DNA from: a bacterium
GTDB taxonomy: Bacteria; Patescibacteriota; Minisyncoccia; Phycocordibacterales; UBA9973
DNA: 64,000 nt
Assembly: GCA_027484965.1 (NCBI GenBank)
Contig: JAIXRY010000006.1
Coordinates: 1,738-65,737, forward strand
Direction: 5' to 3'
Made by a program: the position numbers and the translations under genes. The stretch's first letter is position 1, and every line of letters starts with the position of its first letter. Below, piece by piece: positions 47,636-56,460 of this stretch. Below the pieces are notes generated by a model. The model was not told where the DNA came from. It did not search any database and was given only the letters and a program-made list of their open reading frames with translations.

Positions 47636-47881
47636 TTATAGTTTGTTTATTTCAGCATCTATAGAATCAAATTCTGAATCTGAATTCTCTAGATTGATAT
47701 CTTGAATATTTTCTTCTATGGCTGTTGTTGTGTCTTGTTTTGTTGCATTATCTATAGATTGTACAGAGTTTACATCTTCTATAGGTTGTAACTTCTCTTT
47801 ATTGTTTTTTGTAAACATATAGAATCCTAACCCTAGTACAATAATGACAACGAGAATTATAATTATATTTCTGGTATTCAT
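47636..47881 (-). CDS. small membrane-anchored acidic protein
   Basis: N-terminal TM helix; 81 aa. Confidence 0.35.
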   Translation of the reverse strand: MNTRNIIIILVVIIVLGLGFYMFTKNNKEKLQPIEDVNSVQSIDNATKQDTTTAIEENIQDINLENSDSEFDSIDAEINKL

Positions 47882-47887
47882 ATATTT

Positions 47888-48946
47888 CTATTGTTGAGTT
47901 GCTTGTGTTTGTTGGTCGACCGGCTGAGTAGCTGTTTGTGTCCCTGCTTCATTTATTTTTTGGATTTTTTTGAGAGCATTTATTATATTTTTAAGCGAAT
48001 CATAAGATTTTTTTATAGATTCATTTGTTGTTTTTATATCATTTTTCATCTGATCTCTTGTAGCACCTAGGGTTGTTTTCAAATTTGTTTGATCTGTCAC
48101 TTGTATTGTGTAAACTTTTCCAGCTTGCACTGCTATTGCTGCTCTCGCTGCGCTTATTGAAGTTTCTGCTTGTGTTATAAGTGGTCTGATTGTTGAAACA
48201 TTTATATTTTCTGCAGCTGCCTTGTCTGTTCTAGACTCAATAGAAATAAGAGTATTTTCCATTTTTGTTATTGTTTCTGTAAATCTATTTACAGCATTTT
48301 CATTTACCTTTTGAATTGATGTTGTAATGTTTTCTACAGCTACTTTTTTATTTTCATCTTTTATTTTGGCAATCTCTATTTTTAGATCTGCCTTTTTTTG
48401 TTCTATACTATCTTTTTTTCCTTCTATTTCTTGTTTGAATGAATCTCTCTTTTCTTTAATTGTCTGTAAGATTTGAACTCTTTTTTCTTGTACTAATTCT
48501 TGCTTATTCTCTTTTGTATCTTTTAGTTGTTTTTGAAATTCAGTACGGATATCTTTTATTTCTGCTTCTGCTTTTTGACGATTTTCTTTTGAAGTATCAA
48601 TAATCATTTTGTAAGCGTCTTCTTTTTTTATTTCACCACTTTCTACTTTTGCTTTAAGTTCGTCTCTAAGATTTTTTACAGATTCTTGTCCGTTCTTTCT
48701 TACTTCACCAACTTTCATTTTTCTATCTTCTATCTCCTGCCCTCTCTTTTGTTTATATTCAGATCTAATATCTTTTATATCTTTTCTTAATTCTGGAGGT
48801 CTTGGACCTTCTAGCTTTTTAACTTCTTCACTGGTTGTCATTATAGGTTCTGTATTTATAGGTTCTTGCGCATTAGCAATACCAATATTCATACAAAAAA
48901 CACATAACACTCCCGCTATGATAATTTCTTTATTGTTTTTATTCAT
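47888..48946 (-). CDS. secreted Lys/Glu-rich coiled-coil protein
   Basis: Probable start at the Met of MNKNNKEIIIAGVLCVFCMNIGIANA (signal peptide); the remainder is highly charged coiled coil. Confidence 0.4.
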   Translation of the reverse strand: MNKNNKEIIIAGVLCVFCMNIGIANAQEPINTEPIMTTSEEVKKLEGPRPPELRKDIKDIRSEYKQKRGQEIEDRKMKVGEVRKNGQESVKNLRDELKAKVESGEIKKEDAYKMIIDTSKENRQKAEAEIKDIRTEFQKQLKDTKENKQELVQEKRVQILQTIKEKRDSFKQEIEGKKDSIEQKKADLKIEIAKIKDENKKVAVENITTSIQKVNENAVNRFTETITKMENTLISIESRTDKAAAENINVSTIRPLITQAETSISAARAAIAVQAGKVYTIQVTDQTNLKTTLGATRDQMKNDIKTTNESIKKSYDSLKNIINALKKIQKINEAGTQTATQPVDQQTQATQQ

Positions 48947-49075
48947 AATGTATATATTGTACCTAATAAAAAATAATAAAAACAATAAGTTTTCCACAAT
49001 ATTCTTTTGTTTACAATATATTCAAATTATTTACCCCTCCGCTTTTTTAATAAATGGTATTTTCTTACTTAATAT

Positions 49076-50041
49076 TTAAAACCTTACAGGTATATATTTT
49101 ATTTTTTTAGAGAAAGTATCTCTAATTATATCTTTGATTTTGCACCAAATACCACAATAAGAAAGTATTACTCCATTTTTACCCATCTTGTCACTGTCTA
49201 TACATTCGTCACAACATAGAAAATGTTTGTGACACATAAGATTTGCACAGTTTACGTACTGCTCTGTTTTCTGGTGACATTTTTTACAGATACCTATTGT
49301 TTGGTGAGATTTTTCATTATTAAAATGGACTGTTTTTCTTTTATCAAAAACATAAAGTGATCCAAGGAAGTTTTTTCCTGGATATTTGTTCATGTAGCTT
49401 ACTATCCCTCCGTCCAATTGATACACTTCTTTGAAACCTTCTTTTAGTAAAAAACCTGAAGCTTTCTCACATCGTACTCCTCCTGTACATACTGTAAGTA
49501 CGGGCTTATCTTTCAATTCTTTTATCTTTTTCAAGTCCTTCCTCAGGTCGCGAAAATTTTTCATTCCTGGGAAGATTGTATTTTCAAATTTACCCACTAG
49601 AAGTTCATAGTCATTTCTCATATCAACAATATGAAATTCTTTACCTTCTTCATACCATTTATTAAGTTCTTCTGGCTTTAAATGCGTCCCTGTTGTTTCG
49701 TTGGGATCAAAATCATTCTCCCCCAAATGAAGTGATACTATTTCTTTTCTTGCTTTAACAGAAAGTCTCGGGAAAGCCGTCATGTCTTCTGTACCTTCAC
49801 TTATCTTCCAGTGAATATCACTAAATCTAGGGTCAGCTTTCATGTGATTCATATATGCATTACAAAAGGCCTCTGTGCCCTCTAGGGTGCCATTTATACC
49901 CTCTTCTGCCACTATGACGCGCCCCTTCATTTCGAGGGTCTTACATAGGTCATATTGCTCTTTTCGAAGAAGTTCAGGATCTTCTATTTTTACATATTTG
50001 TAATATAAGAGTATTTTGTTTTTATTTGAGTTGTTTTCCAT
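49076..50041 (-). CDS. trhO: rhodanese-domain tRNA uridine(34) hydroxylase TrhO (UPF0176/YceA family)
   Basis: Rhodanese active-site loop TVCTGGVRCEKASGFL and the N-terminal YKY.KIEDP pattern, plus C-terminal Cys clusters. The preferred start is the Met at MENNSNK. Confidence 0.7.
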   Translation of the reverse strand: MENNSNKNKILLYYKYVKIEDPELLRKEQYDLCKTLEMKGRVIVAEEGINGTLEGTEAFCNAYMNHMKADPRFSDIHWKISEGTEDMTAFPRLSVKARKEIVSLHLGENDFDPNETTGTHLKPEELNKWYEEGKEFHIVDMRNDYELLVGKFENTIFPGMKNFRDLRKDLKKIKELKDKPVLTVCTGGVRCEKASGFLLKEGFKEVYQLDGGIVSYMNKYPGKNFLGSLYVFDKRKTVHFNNEKSHQTIGICKKCHQKTEQYVNCANLMCHKHFLCCDECIDSDKMGKNGVILSYCGIWCKIKDIIRDTFSKKIKYIPVRF

Positions 50042-50076
50042 ATTTTTAAAAAGTATGGAGTATTGTATCATTTTTT

Positions 50077-50367
50077 TTATATAATTTCTACTCTAACTTT
50101 GACAACCTCTCCTTCAAAAAGGTTTTCTTGTCCCCTTATTTTTTTCTTTATAGAAATTAAATAAGTCTTTTCTTTTTTGTTTGGAAATAGAGCTGTTTCC
50201 CAAACAGATTTTCCTATTGATACTTTTGTTTTTATAAAACCCGCACCGTAAGGATTCCCAATAATTCTTATTTTTTCTGAATTTTTTTTATCTACAGTCA
50301 AAAAGTGCCATCCACCATCACCAGGCCAGCGCCAAATTTCTCCTTTTATTAAAAAAACCTTAGACAT
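50077..50367 (-). CDS. DUF1905-like small protein
   Basis: GDGGWHFLTVDKKNSEKI pattern. Confidence 0.45.
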   Translation of the reverse strand: MSKVFLIKGEIWRWPGDGGWHFLTVDKKNSEKIRIIGNPYGAGFIKTKVSIGKSVWETALFPNKKEKTYLISIKKKIRGQENLFEGEVVKVRVEII

Positions 50368-50369
50368 AG

Positions 50370-50783
50370 CTACTTACTATTTAATACTGTAATTGTTATT
50401 TGTAGTACTGTTGCAAAAGAAACCCAAAGAAGATATGGAATATTTACAAGACTAATCCATTTAGCGTATGGATATATGGCCACCAGAGCCCATATGAGGG
50501 TTGATAATATTAATAATATATCAATTGATGCGAGTAAGTTATTTTGTAATTGAAATTGTATTGGTGAGAATAAAAAGTTAAATATCAAATTCAATATAAA
50601 AGGAAGTGCTATTATGAATGGGATTTGTTTGTTATAAGCCATCAATAATACCTTTCCAAAACTAACAAAAATAATCAAGTACAAAAAGCTCCATACAGGA
50701 CCAAAAATCCATGGCGGTGGCGCCCATGTTGGTTTGATTAAGTTTTGATACCAAGAGTATGTTTGCATGAGTAAAGTATACAC
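50370..50783 (-). CDS. TspO/MBR (tryptophan-rich sensory protein) family membrane protein
   Basis: WYQNLIKPTWAPPPWIFGPVWSFLY signature; 5 TM helices. Confidence 0.7.
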   Translation of the reverse strand: MYTLLMQTYSWYQNLIKPTWAPPPWIFGPVWSFLYLIIFVSFGKVLLMAYNKQIPFIIALPFILNLIFNFLFSPIQFQLQNNLLASIDILLILSTLIWALVAIYPYAKWISLVNIPYLLWVSFATVLQITITVLNSK

Positions 50784-50873
50784 TAATTAGTAAAAACATA
50801 ATTTATGAATATAATTAAACTAATATTGACTTTTAACTAAAATAGTTTTATTATTTTTACAAATAAAGTACAT

Positions 50874-51452
50874 ATGGAACTAGATTTAGAAAAAAGAAAA
50901 AGATTGGCAGAAGAGTTAAAAAATTTAAAATTTAACAAAATTTCAGAAATAATTTGGTTTGATCAGTATTACGATGAGATTATTAATACTTTGAACAATA
51001 TTTTGTTTAATGAAAAAATTGAACAAGAAATAAAGGAAATTTTTGAAAAAATATCAGACATGCTTTTAGCCCCGATTATAATAGACGAGTTTGAAGAAAA
51101 AGAGAGGGATTTGTTGAAAAAAGAAATGAGGGAAAAAATTAGATCAATAAATCCAGAACTTTTAAAAATTCACGAACTTAATCTTCTTATGGCTTCTAAC
51201 TTGAGTAATGTGCTTTCACAGGCTGAAGTATTCGAAGTTTATTTTGATTTTGAAATGCCAAACGAATTAGAAAATCAGTACAAAAAAGCAACTCTTATTT
51301 TTTCTGGCGAAGTTGGAAATGCGCAAGCAAGAAATTATGTCGATAATAAAAAAGATATCGAAAGGATCGAAATTGCCAAAGAAGTATTTGTTTTTGGAAA
51401 AAATTATTTTTTTTATCTAGCTAATCATCTAAACAAAGAAACCACCTCCTAA
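50874..51452 (+). CDS. hypothetical protein
   Basis: 192 aa, Glu/Lys-rich. A terminator hairpin (AACCAC...GTGGTT + T-run) overlaps the stop. Confidence 0.4.
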   Translation: MELDLEKRKRLAEELKNLKFNKISEIIWFDQYYDEIINTLNNILFNEKIEQEIKEIFEKISDMLLAPIIIDEFEEKERDLLKKEMREKIRSINPELLKIHELNLLMASNLSNVLSQAEVFEVYFDFEMPNELENQYKKATLIFSGEVGNAQARNYVDNKKDIERIEIAKEVFVFGKNYFFYLANHLNKETTS

Positions 51453-51512
51453 ATTAAGGATAGTGGTTTTTATTTTTTTGTAGTCTTATTCTTTTATCTA
51501 TACTTATTAAGT

Positions 51513-51818
51513 TTATCTACCGTCATCTCCTTTTGCAATAATTTTTTTATCAAAACCTCCTCTTTTCTCTTTCTTCTCTAGTCTGATTTCTTCAACATTA
51601 GAAAATTCCGGTAGTGTTTTTATTGCTTCTATGACTTCCATTATATCTGCCAATTCTTCATTACTCTGATCACTTATAAATTCATTTACTTCTTCTTCAA
51701 GTTTGATAATGAGTTCATTTCTAAATTCAGTTTCGTCGGCAGTATAAATTTCATAGGCTATACCTTTTTCATCTAATATTTCTGGGATTTTATCTCTAAC
51801 CAATTTTTTGTAGTGCAT
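51513..51818 (-). CDS. MazG/HisE-like all-alpha NTP pyrophosphohydrolase (putative house-cleaning enzyme), last gene of the lexA operon
   Basis: N-terminal KLVRDKIPEI plus acidic EExxE/EELADIMEVIEAI clusters typical of the MazG-like fold. Starts 10 nt after the lexA stop. Confidence 0.5.
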   Translation of the reverse strand: MHYKKLVRDKIPEILDEKGIAYEIYTADETEFRNELIIKLEEEVNEFISDQSNEELADIMEVIEAIKTLPEFSNVEEIRLEKKEKRGGFDKKIIAKGDDGR

Positions 51819-51828
51819 ATGATTAAAT

Positions 51829-52398
51829 TTAGTATTTTCGAATAACAGCTTTTACTATTGCTGTAATGCGAAGATATTGTTCTGGATAAATATTTTTGAA
51901 GTTTTTGTTTGCTGGTTCAAGCCATACCTTACCACCTTCTTTTCGGAAATATTTCATTGTAGATTCTCCGTCTATATCTGCAATAACAATATCTCCATCT
52001 TTTGCGACTTCTGTTTTCTCGACTAGGACCATGTCCCCGTCAGCAATATGAGCGTCTATCATAGACTCCCCATCCACTTTCAATAGGAATGAATTAGCCT
52101 TCTTTGATGTCGTTAGATATGAGTCTATATTAATAGTGTTCAATTCCACTTCCTCTGCATTACTTGGAAATCCTGCTTTGATTGATCCTAAAAGTGGAAT
52201 TTCATTAAAAGATTTTTCTGCTATTAATCTTCCTAAATGATCTTTTGAAACAAAACCTGCATCAATAAACTTTTCCACAAGACGAGCAACTGCATTCTTT
52301 GATTTAAAACCAAACAGAGCCATCATCTCTGTGTATGTGGGCATTCTGTTTTCTTTTTCGTGAAAGTATATTAATTTTTGTTTGTAGTTTTGTTCCAT
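51829..52398 (-). CDS. lexA: LexA repressor (wHTH plus S24 peptidase)
   Basis: N-terminal wHTH (MPTYTEMMALFGFKSKNAVARLVEKFIDAGFV), an Ala-Gly cleavage site (SIKAGFP), catalytic Ser (VDGESM) and Lys (AIVKAVIRK). Confidence 0.85.
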   Translation of the reverse strand: MEQNYKQKLIYFHEKENRMPTYTEMMALFGFKSKNAVARLVEKFIDAGFVSKDHLGRLIAEKSFNEIPLLGSIKAGFPSNAEEVELNTINIDSYLTTSKKANSFLLKVDGESMIDAHIADGDMVLVEKTEVAKDGDIVIADIDGESTMKYFRKEGGKVWLEPANKNFKNIYPEQYLRITAIVKAVIRKY

Positions 52399-52401
52399 GA
52401 A

Positions 52402-52596
52402 TTAAAAAAGTGGAAGCATGTGAAAGAATTTAGTAAATATATTTCCACTTGAGTGTTGGATTAATTTTTTGCGAAGTAGTTTGTGATCACGTGCTTCTTT
52501 TGCATATTCTTCACCTGAGAGAATCTTCATATCAATTTTTTTGTTTATGTTGTGAATTTCTCTTTCTATGATTTTTAGATATTGTTCTTTACTCAT
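52402..52596 (-). CDS. small hypothetical protein, first gene of the lexA operon
   Basis: 64 aa; stop is 3 nt before the lexA start; sits directly downstream of the SOS-box promoter. Confidence 0.45.
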   Translation of the reverse strand: MSKEQYLKIIEREIHNINKKIDMKILSGEEYAKEARDHKLLRKKLIQHSSGNIFTKFFHMLPLF

Positions 52597-52629
52597 AATG
52601 CTTAAATATTATTATCCTGCTATGTATTT

Positions 52630-52658
52630 ATTATAAGTGAACGCTCGTTCACACGCAA
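52630..52658 (-). promoter_or_regulatory. SOS-regulated promoter: -35 TTGCGT (52653-52658), -10 TATAAT (52630-52635), with LexA box GTGAACGAGCGTTCAC (52637-52652) filling the 17-bp spacer
   Basis: Reading the minus strand: TTGCGT-GTGAACGAGCGTTCACT-TATAAT, 34 nt upstream of the small-ORF ATG. The box is a GAAC-N4-GTTC palindrome (Cheo-box class). Confidence 0.7.
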
Positions 52659-52756
52659 ATAAATTCCTGTGGATAAGTTATAAAAATAATCATTAAGTAA
52701 ATATAAATTGACAAAATATATTAAATATTTATAATGTATTTAAATTTAATAATATT

Positions 52757-53008
52757 ATGTCACAAATAGAAACGACTCCAAACGAAAAATTCTCTCTACT
52801 TAAAGAAATTGTTTCTAGAGTAAAAGATGAAAATTCTTTGATTAAAGACCCTGATATTATAAAAAAAAGTATTGAAGAGCTTAGGGTTGTTAAGCTTGGA
52901 TTAAAAAATAAAAGCGCTTCAGCTTTCTATTCTGATATGAAGAAGATAATAGCTGAAAAGAAAAAAGATGGAGAAATACTTTTTCCATCAAAAAAGCCCT
53001 CAAATTGA
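52757..53008 (+). CDS. hypothetical protein (divergent from the lexA operon)
   Basis: 83-aa ORF, about 105 nt from the LexA box on the other side. Confidence 0.4.
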   Translation: MSQIETTPNEKFSLLKEIVSRVKDENSLIKDPDIIKKSIEELRVVKLGLKNKSASAFYSDMKKIIAEKKKDGEILFPSKKPSN

Positions 53009-53021
53009 GAGCTTTTTATTT

Positions 53022-53192
53022 TTATATAAAGCGTGCAAGATATGCGACAAATAATACAGCAGCTACAAATCCAAGAACTTTTTGATAGTTTGTAAGAATT
53101 GCGATTGCTACTACAATAACAGCAGTTTTTACTATACCAAGCGTTAATACCGAATTCCAGATAGTTGGAAGAATATTTAAAAAAGTGTTCAT
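53022..53192 (-). CDS. small membrane protein (56 aa; below the ORF-track cutoff)
   Basis: Reverse translation MNTFLNILPTIWNSVLTLGIVKTAVIVVAIAILTNYQKVLGFVAAVLFVAYLARFI; two TM helices; immediately upstream of the rhodanese gene. Confidence 0.3.
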   Translation of the reverse strand: MNTFLNILPTIWNSVLTLGIVKTAVIVVAIAILTNYQKVLGFVAAVLFVAYLARFI

Positions 53193-53201
53193 ATTGTAAT
53201 T

Positions 53202-53450
53202 TTATAGAATACTATCAATTCCTCCAAGATTTGTAATATGTGTAAAACCTTCTTTTTCTAGTATTTCTTTTGCAATACTGGCGCGAGCTCCAGATCTACA
53301 ATATACAGATATGTCAGTGTCTTTTGGAGCGTCTTTTAATAAACCTAAGTTTCCTTCACTTATATCTATAAGAGAAATATTTAGTGCGTCTTTTGCGTGC
53401 TTCTCGTCAAACTCTTCTTTTGTTCTTACGTCGATAATAATCTTGTTCAT
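53202..53450 (-). CDS. single-domain rhodanese (sulfurtransferase)
   Basis: Active-site loop VYCRSGARAS and an N-terminal IIDVRTKEEFDEKH. Confidence 0.7.
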   Translation of the reverse strand: MNKIIIDVRTKEEFDEKHAKDALNISLIDISEGNLGLLKDAPKDTDISVYCRSGARASIAKEILEKEGFTHITNLGGIDSIL

Positions 53451-53548
53451 ATAAACATTCTACTATAAATATTAATTATTATTAATATGATATTTACATT
53501 TTATTTAAAATGTGTTATTGTTTTAATTAATAAATTGTACATTAAATT

Positions 53549-53878
53549 ATGAAAGTCAAAGAAGAAAGATTGTGGTCGTTTTTTGTTATAGTCTTAGGAC
53601 TTGTTTTTTTCAATCTAGTATCTCTATTTAATAAGATATATATTATTAAAGAGATAATAACCTTAAGAGAGCTTATATTCTATCAATTAGTATCTGTTGT
53701 GCTGATTTGTTTAGATTTCTTTCTTTATGTAAGACATTTTGAACAAAAATATGAATTTAGAAAATCACTACTAAATTACAAAACATTGGTGTTGGCTATT
53801 TTGTATGTGATCTTACAATTAACCGTTGATTGTATTACGATAATATCGTTAATCGGATCTAATACCCCTATTAAATAG
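53549..53878 (+). CDS. hypothetical membrane protein
   Basis: 3 TM helices; no recognisable family. Confidence 0.35.
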   Translation: MKVKEERLWSFFVIVLGLVFFNLVSLFNKIYIIKEIITLRELIFYQLVSVVLICLDFFLYVRHFEQKYEFRKSLLNYKTLVLAILYVILQLTVDCITIISLIGSNTPIK

Positions 53879-54139
53879 GGGTATTTTTTTATATCCTTCC
53901 TCTGTTAATTTTCTAATTTTTTCTTCCTGACCTCCTCTATTGTAGTTACCTATCTTCCCGTCTGATCGTATCACTCTGTGACATGGGATAGATTCGTCGT
54001 AGTTGTTTTTCATAAAAGTACCTACAGCGCGGGAAGCTCCAGGGCTTCCCGCAAGCTTTGCAACTTCCATATAAGTCATAACATTCCCTTTTGGAATATT
54101 TTTTACAACTTCTAAAACTTTTTCCTTAAAAGATTTCAT
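53849..54139 (-). CDS. methylated-DNA--protein-cysteine methyltransferase family protein (MGMT DNA-binding and active-site domain only)
   Basis: Active-site IPCHRVIRSDGKIGNY (PCHR motif) and HTH VMTYMEVAKLAGSPGASRAVG. Preferred start is Met MKSFKEK. Confidence 0.75.
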   Translation of the reverse strand: MKSFKEKVLEVVKNIPKGNVMTYMEVAKLAGSPGASRAVGTFMKNNYDESIPCHRVIRSDGKIGNYNRGGQEEKIRKLTEEGYKKIPLFNRGIRSD

Positions 54140-54202
54140 ATGCCTATAGTATATCAAAAATATAAAAACCCTCATTTTTGAGGGTTTTTATATTGAGAAA
54201 GA

Positions 54203-54793
54203 TTATTTCTTTTTCTTTGCTACAACTTTTTTAACAGCTGGAGCTTTTTTTGCTACTACTTTTTTTACAGCTTTAACTTCAACTTTCTTAACTACTGCTT
54301 TCGTAACTTCTTTTTTAACTTCAGCTTTTGGAGCTACTGCTTTTACAACAACAGCTTCAACTTTTGGCTGATTCATTTTTTCAATTGCACTTACGAGACG
54401 ATCGATTTTCATACTGATTTCTCCTAATTGCTTCTTCATTTCATCGTTTCCTCCACTTTGTTGTGGACGAGCGAATTCTTGACGTGGAGCTCTATCATTA
54501 TTAAATTCTCTTCTTGGTGAGCGTTCTGTAAAATCATTTCTTGGGCGACGTTCTTCACGATCTCCACCTTCTCTTTTACTACTGAAACAATCGTTACAGT
54601 ATACTGGCTTTTCGCCTGTTGGACGGAAAGGGACTTCACAACTTTTACCACATTCACTACAAGTAGTTTTATGCATTGTTACTTCTCCACGATCACGATC
54701 TCCACCAAAACTTCTTTTAAAATCTGGACGACCACCGCGGTCTCCTCCTCTAAATCCTCCACCTCTATTTCCTCCTCTTTCAAAATTTCCCAT
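54203..54793 (-). CDS. RGG-box / CxxC zinc-ribbon protein with a histone-H1-like Lys/Ala-rich tail (putative nucleic-acid-binding)
   Basis: N-terminal GNRGGGFRGGDRGGR, Zn-ribbon CSECGKSCEVPFRPTGEKPVYCNDC, and C-terminal AVKKVVAKKAPAVKKVVAKKKK repeats. Confidence 0.5.
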   Translation of the reverse strand: MGNFERGGNRGGGFRGGDRGGRPDFKRSFGGDRDRGEVTMHKTTCSECGKSCEVPFRPTGEKPVYCNDCFSSKREGGDREERRPRNDFTERSPRREFNNDRAPRQEFARPQQSGGNDEMKKQLGEISMKIDRLVSAIEKMNQPKVEAVVVKAVAPKAEVKKEVTKAVVKKVEVKAVKKVVAKKAPAVKKVVAKKKK

Positions 54794-54884
54794 ATATTTT
54801 TTCTATGTTGATTGTCTATACCTTATAGACAAATTACTATTATGGAAATATTATACAATTTTTAAAAGAAAAAAGCAAGTATTT

Positions 54885-55397
54885 TTAAATTTTCCTTGAA
54901 TCATAAGCCCAATGGAGTAATGCTTGTCTTTGTTTTGGTCTACAATTTGTATCTTCTGGACGGCAATTATGTACTATTTGTCCCACATGTCTTCGTATTG
55001 CTTTCCATCTTTTTATTTGTTTTTTATCTTCTTGTGGTAATCTTCGGCCCATATAATATCTACAGTACCACTCAAACCAACCTCTAGGATCGTGATCTTG
55101 ATTTATCCAACCCTTTTTAATCCATACAGATAGAGGTTGACTTGCATCTATTTTGAAAAAGTTTAACGAAATATCTTTTTTGTCACCTTTTGCAAATTTG
55201 GAACGTTTGAACCAATCTTCTGGATATTCTTTTGTACAATCACGCATATATTTACCTCCGAAGACTCCCAGTGAAAGCATTTGTTTCGGAGTTAGGTCTG
55301 GTTTGAATTCTGGATCAAAATCTTTACCTATTGGAGCTGTGAGTTCATACACATACCCTTTCTGCATTTTGTTATTTACTCGAACTTTTTTATTCAT
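54885..55397 (-). CDS. hypothetical basic protein with a conserved DPRGWFEWYCRYY motif
   Basis: 170 aa; no recognisable family. Terminator AAACCGC...GCGGTTTTT downstream on the minus strand. Confidence 0.4.
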   Translation of the reverse strand: MNKKVRVNNKMQKGYVYELTAPIGKDFDPEFKPDLTPKQMLSLGVFGGKYMRDCTKEYPEDWFKRSKFAKGDKKDISLNFFKIDASQPLSVWIKKGWINQDHDPRGWFEWYCRYYMGRRLPQEDKKQIKRWKAIRRHVGQIVHNCRPEDTNCRPKQRQALLHWAYDSRKI

Positions 55398-55602
55398 AAA
55401 TACATAATAACAAAAAACCGCCCATTTTATAAAATATCGAGCGGTTTTTGTTGTTTTATTTTGCTACAACTTTCTTTGGTTTCTTTTTTTCTTTGCGAGC
55501 ACCTATTCCTTTTGCCATAATATTTTTTTAAATATGTTTTTAATAAATCTCTAACTCATATAAGTGTACCAAATTTTAAAAAAATATGTATACTGTTTGT
55601 GT

Positions 55603-55833
55603 ATGGAAGAAGATGAAAAAATTATAGTAAAAGATGCTCATGGAAATGTTTTAGAAAACGGTGATAGTGTTGTTATTATAAAAGATCTCAAAGTGAAAGG
55701 AAGTTCTATTGTTTTGAAACAAGGTACAAAGATAAAGAATATTAGACTTACAGATGATGATGACCTTATAGAATGTAATGCTGACGGAATAAAAGGCTTG
55801 GTGTTGCGAGTTGAGTTTTTAAAAAAGGGGTAA
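55603..55833 (+). CDS. PhnA-like C-terminal domain protein
   Basis: VKDAHGNVLENGDSVVIIKDLKVKGSSIVLKQGTKIKNIRLTDDDDLIE matches the PhnA/YjdC C-terminal domain. Preferred start is Met MEEDEK (the ORF track starts at 55564). Confidence 0.55.
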   Translation: MEEDEKIIVKDAHGNVLENGDSVVIIKDLKVKGSSIVLKQGTKIKNIRLTDDDDLIECNADGIKGLVLRVEFLKKG

Positions 55834-55852
55834 TAATCCCCCTTTTTTTAAT

Positions 55853-56419
55853 TTATCCAAATATTGTATCAATAAGCTTTTCCAAGCCCGCCCTCTTTTT
55901 TGAAGAAAAAGGAATGACTGTATGATCTTTTGTAATAGCTTTAATCTCGAGCATTTGTTTATGAGATTCTGATTGATTCATCTTATCTATTTTGTTTGCA
56001 ATAACAATGAAATTTTTGCCGTATTCTTTTAAGTCTTCGAACATGCTTATGTCTTTGTCTGTCATTCCTACGTTTGCATCAATAATCATCACAATTAATT
56101 TTTGTTCGAATGGATTATTAAAAAGATAATTATCTATAAGGTCGCCAATCTTCTCTCTGCCGAGTCCACCCATACGAGCAAATCCGTACCCAGGAAGATC
56201 TACTAGGTAAAAGCTGTCATTTACAAGAAACACATTTATTTCTTGTGTTCTACCAGGAAAAGAACTCGTACGAGAAACACTACTACCTGTCAGAGTGTTG
56301 ATTAATGTCGATTTACCAACGTTTGAGCGCCCAATAAAAGCAACCTGAGGAATTCCATCACGAAGTACCTCGTCTTCTCCTACAACCCCTTTTATGAATT
56401 TTGTACTAGTAATTTTCAT
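55853..56419 (-). CDS. engB: ribosome biogenesis GTP-binding protein EngB/YsxC
   Basis: G1 FIGRSNVGKSTLIN, G3 DLPGYG, G4 NKID. Confidence 0.85.
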   Translation of the reverse strand: MKITSTKFIKGVVGEDEVLRDGIPQVAFIGRSNVGKSTLINTLTGSSVSRTSSFPGRTQEINVFLVNDSFYLVDLPGYGFARMGGLGREKIGDLIDNYLFNNPFEQKLIVMIIDANVGMTDKDISMFEDLKEYGKNFIVIANKIDKMNQSESHKQMLEIKAITKDHTVIPFSSKKRAGLEKLIDTIFG

Positions 56420-56460
56420 TTGTGTCTACATACTAACAGATATTCGACTTTTCTGCGATA

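Noticed and set aside
55444-55506. 20-codon minus-strand ORF MAKGIGARKEKKKPKKVVAK resembling a ribosomal-protein-like basic peptide
   Set aside because: It is too short and has no match I can place. It probably reflects the AAG/AAA-rich spacer next to a terminator.
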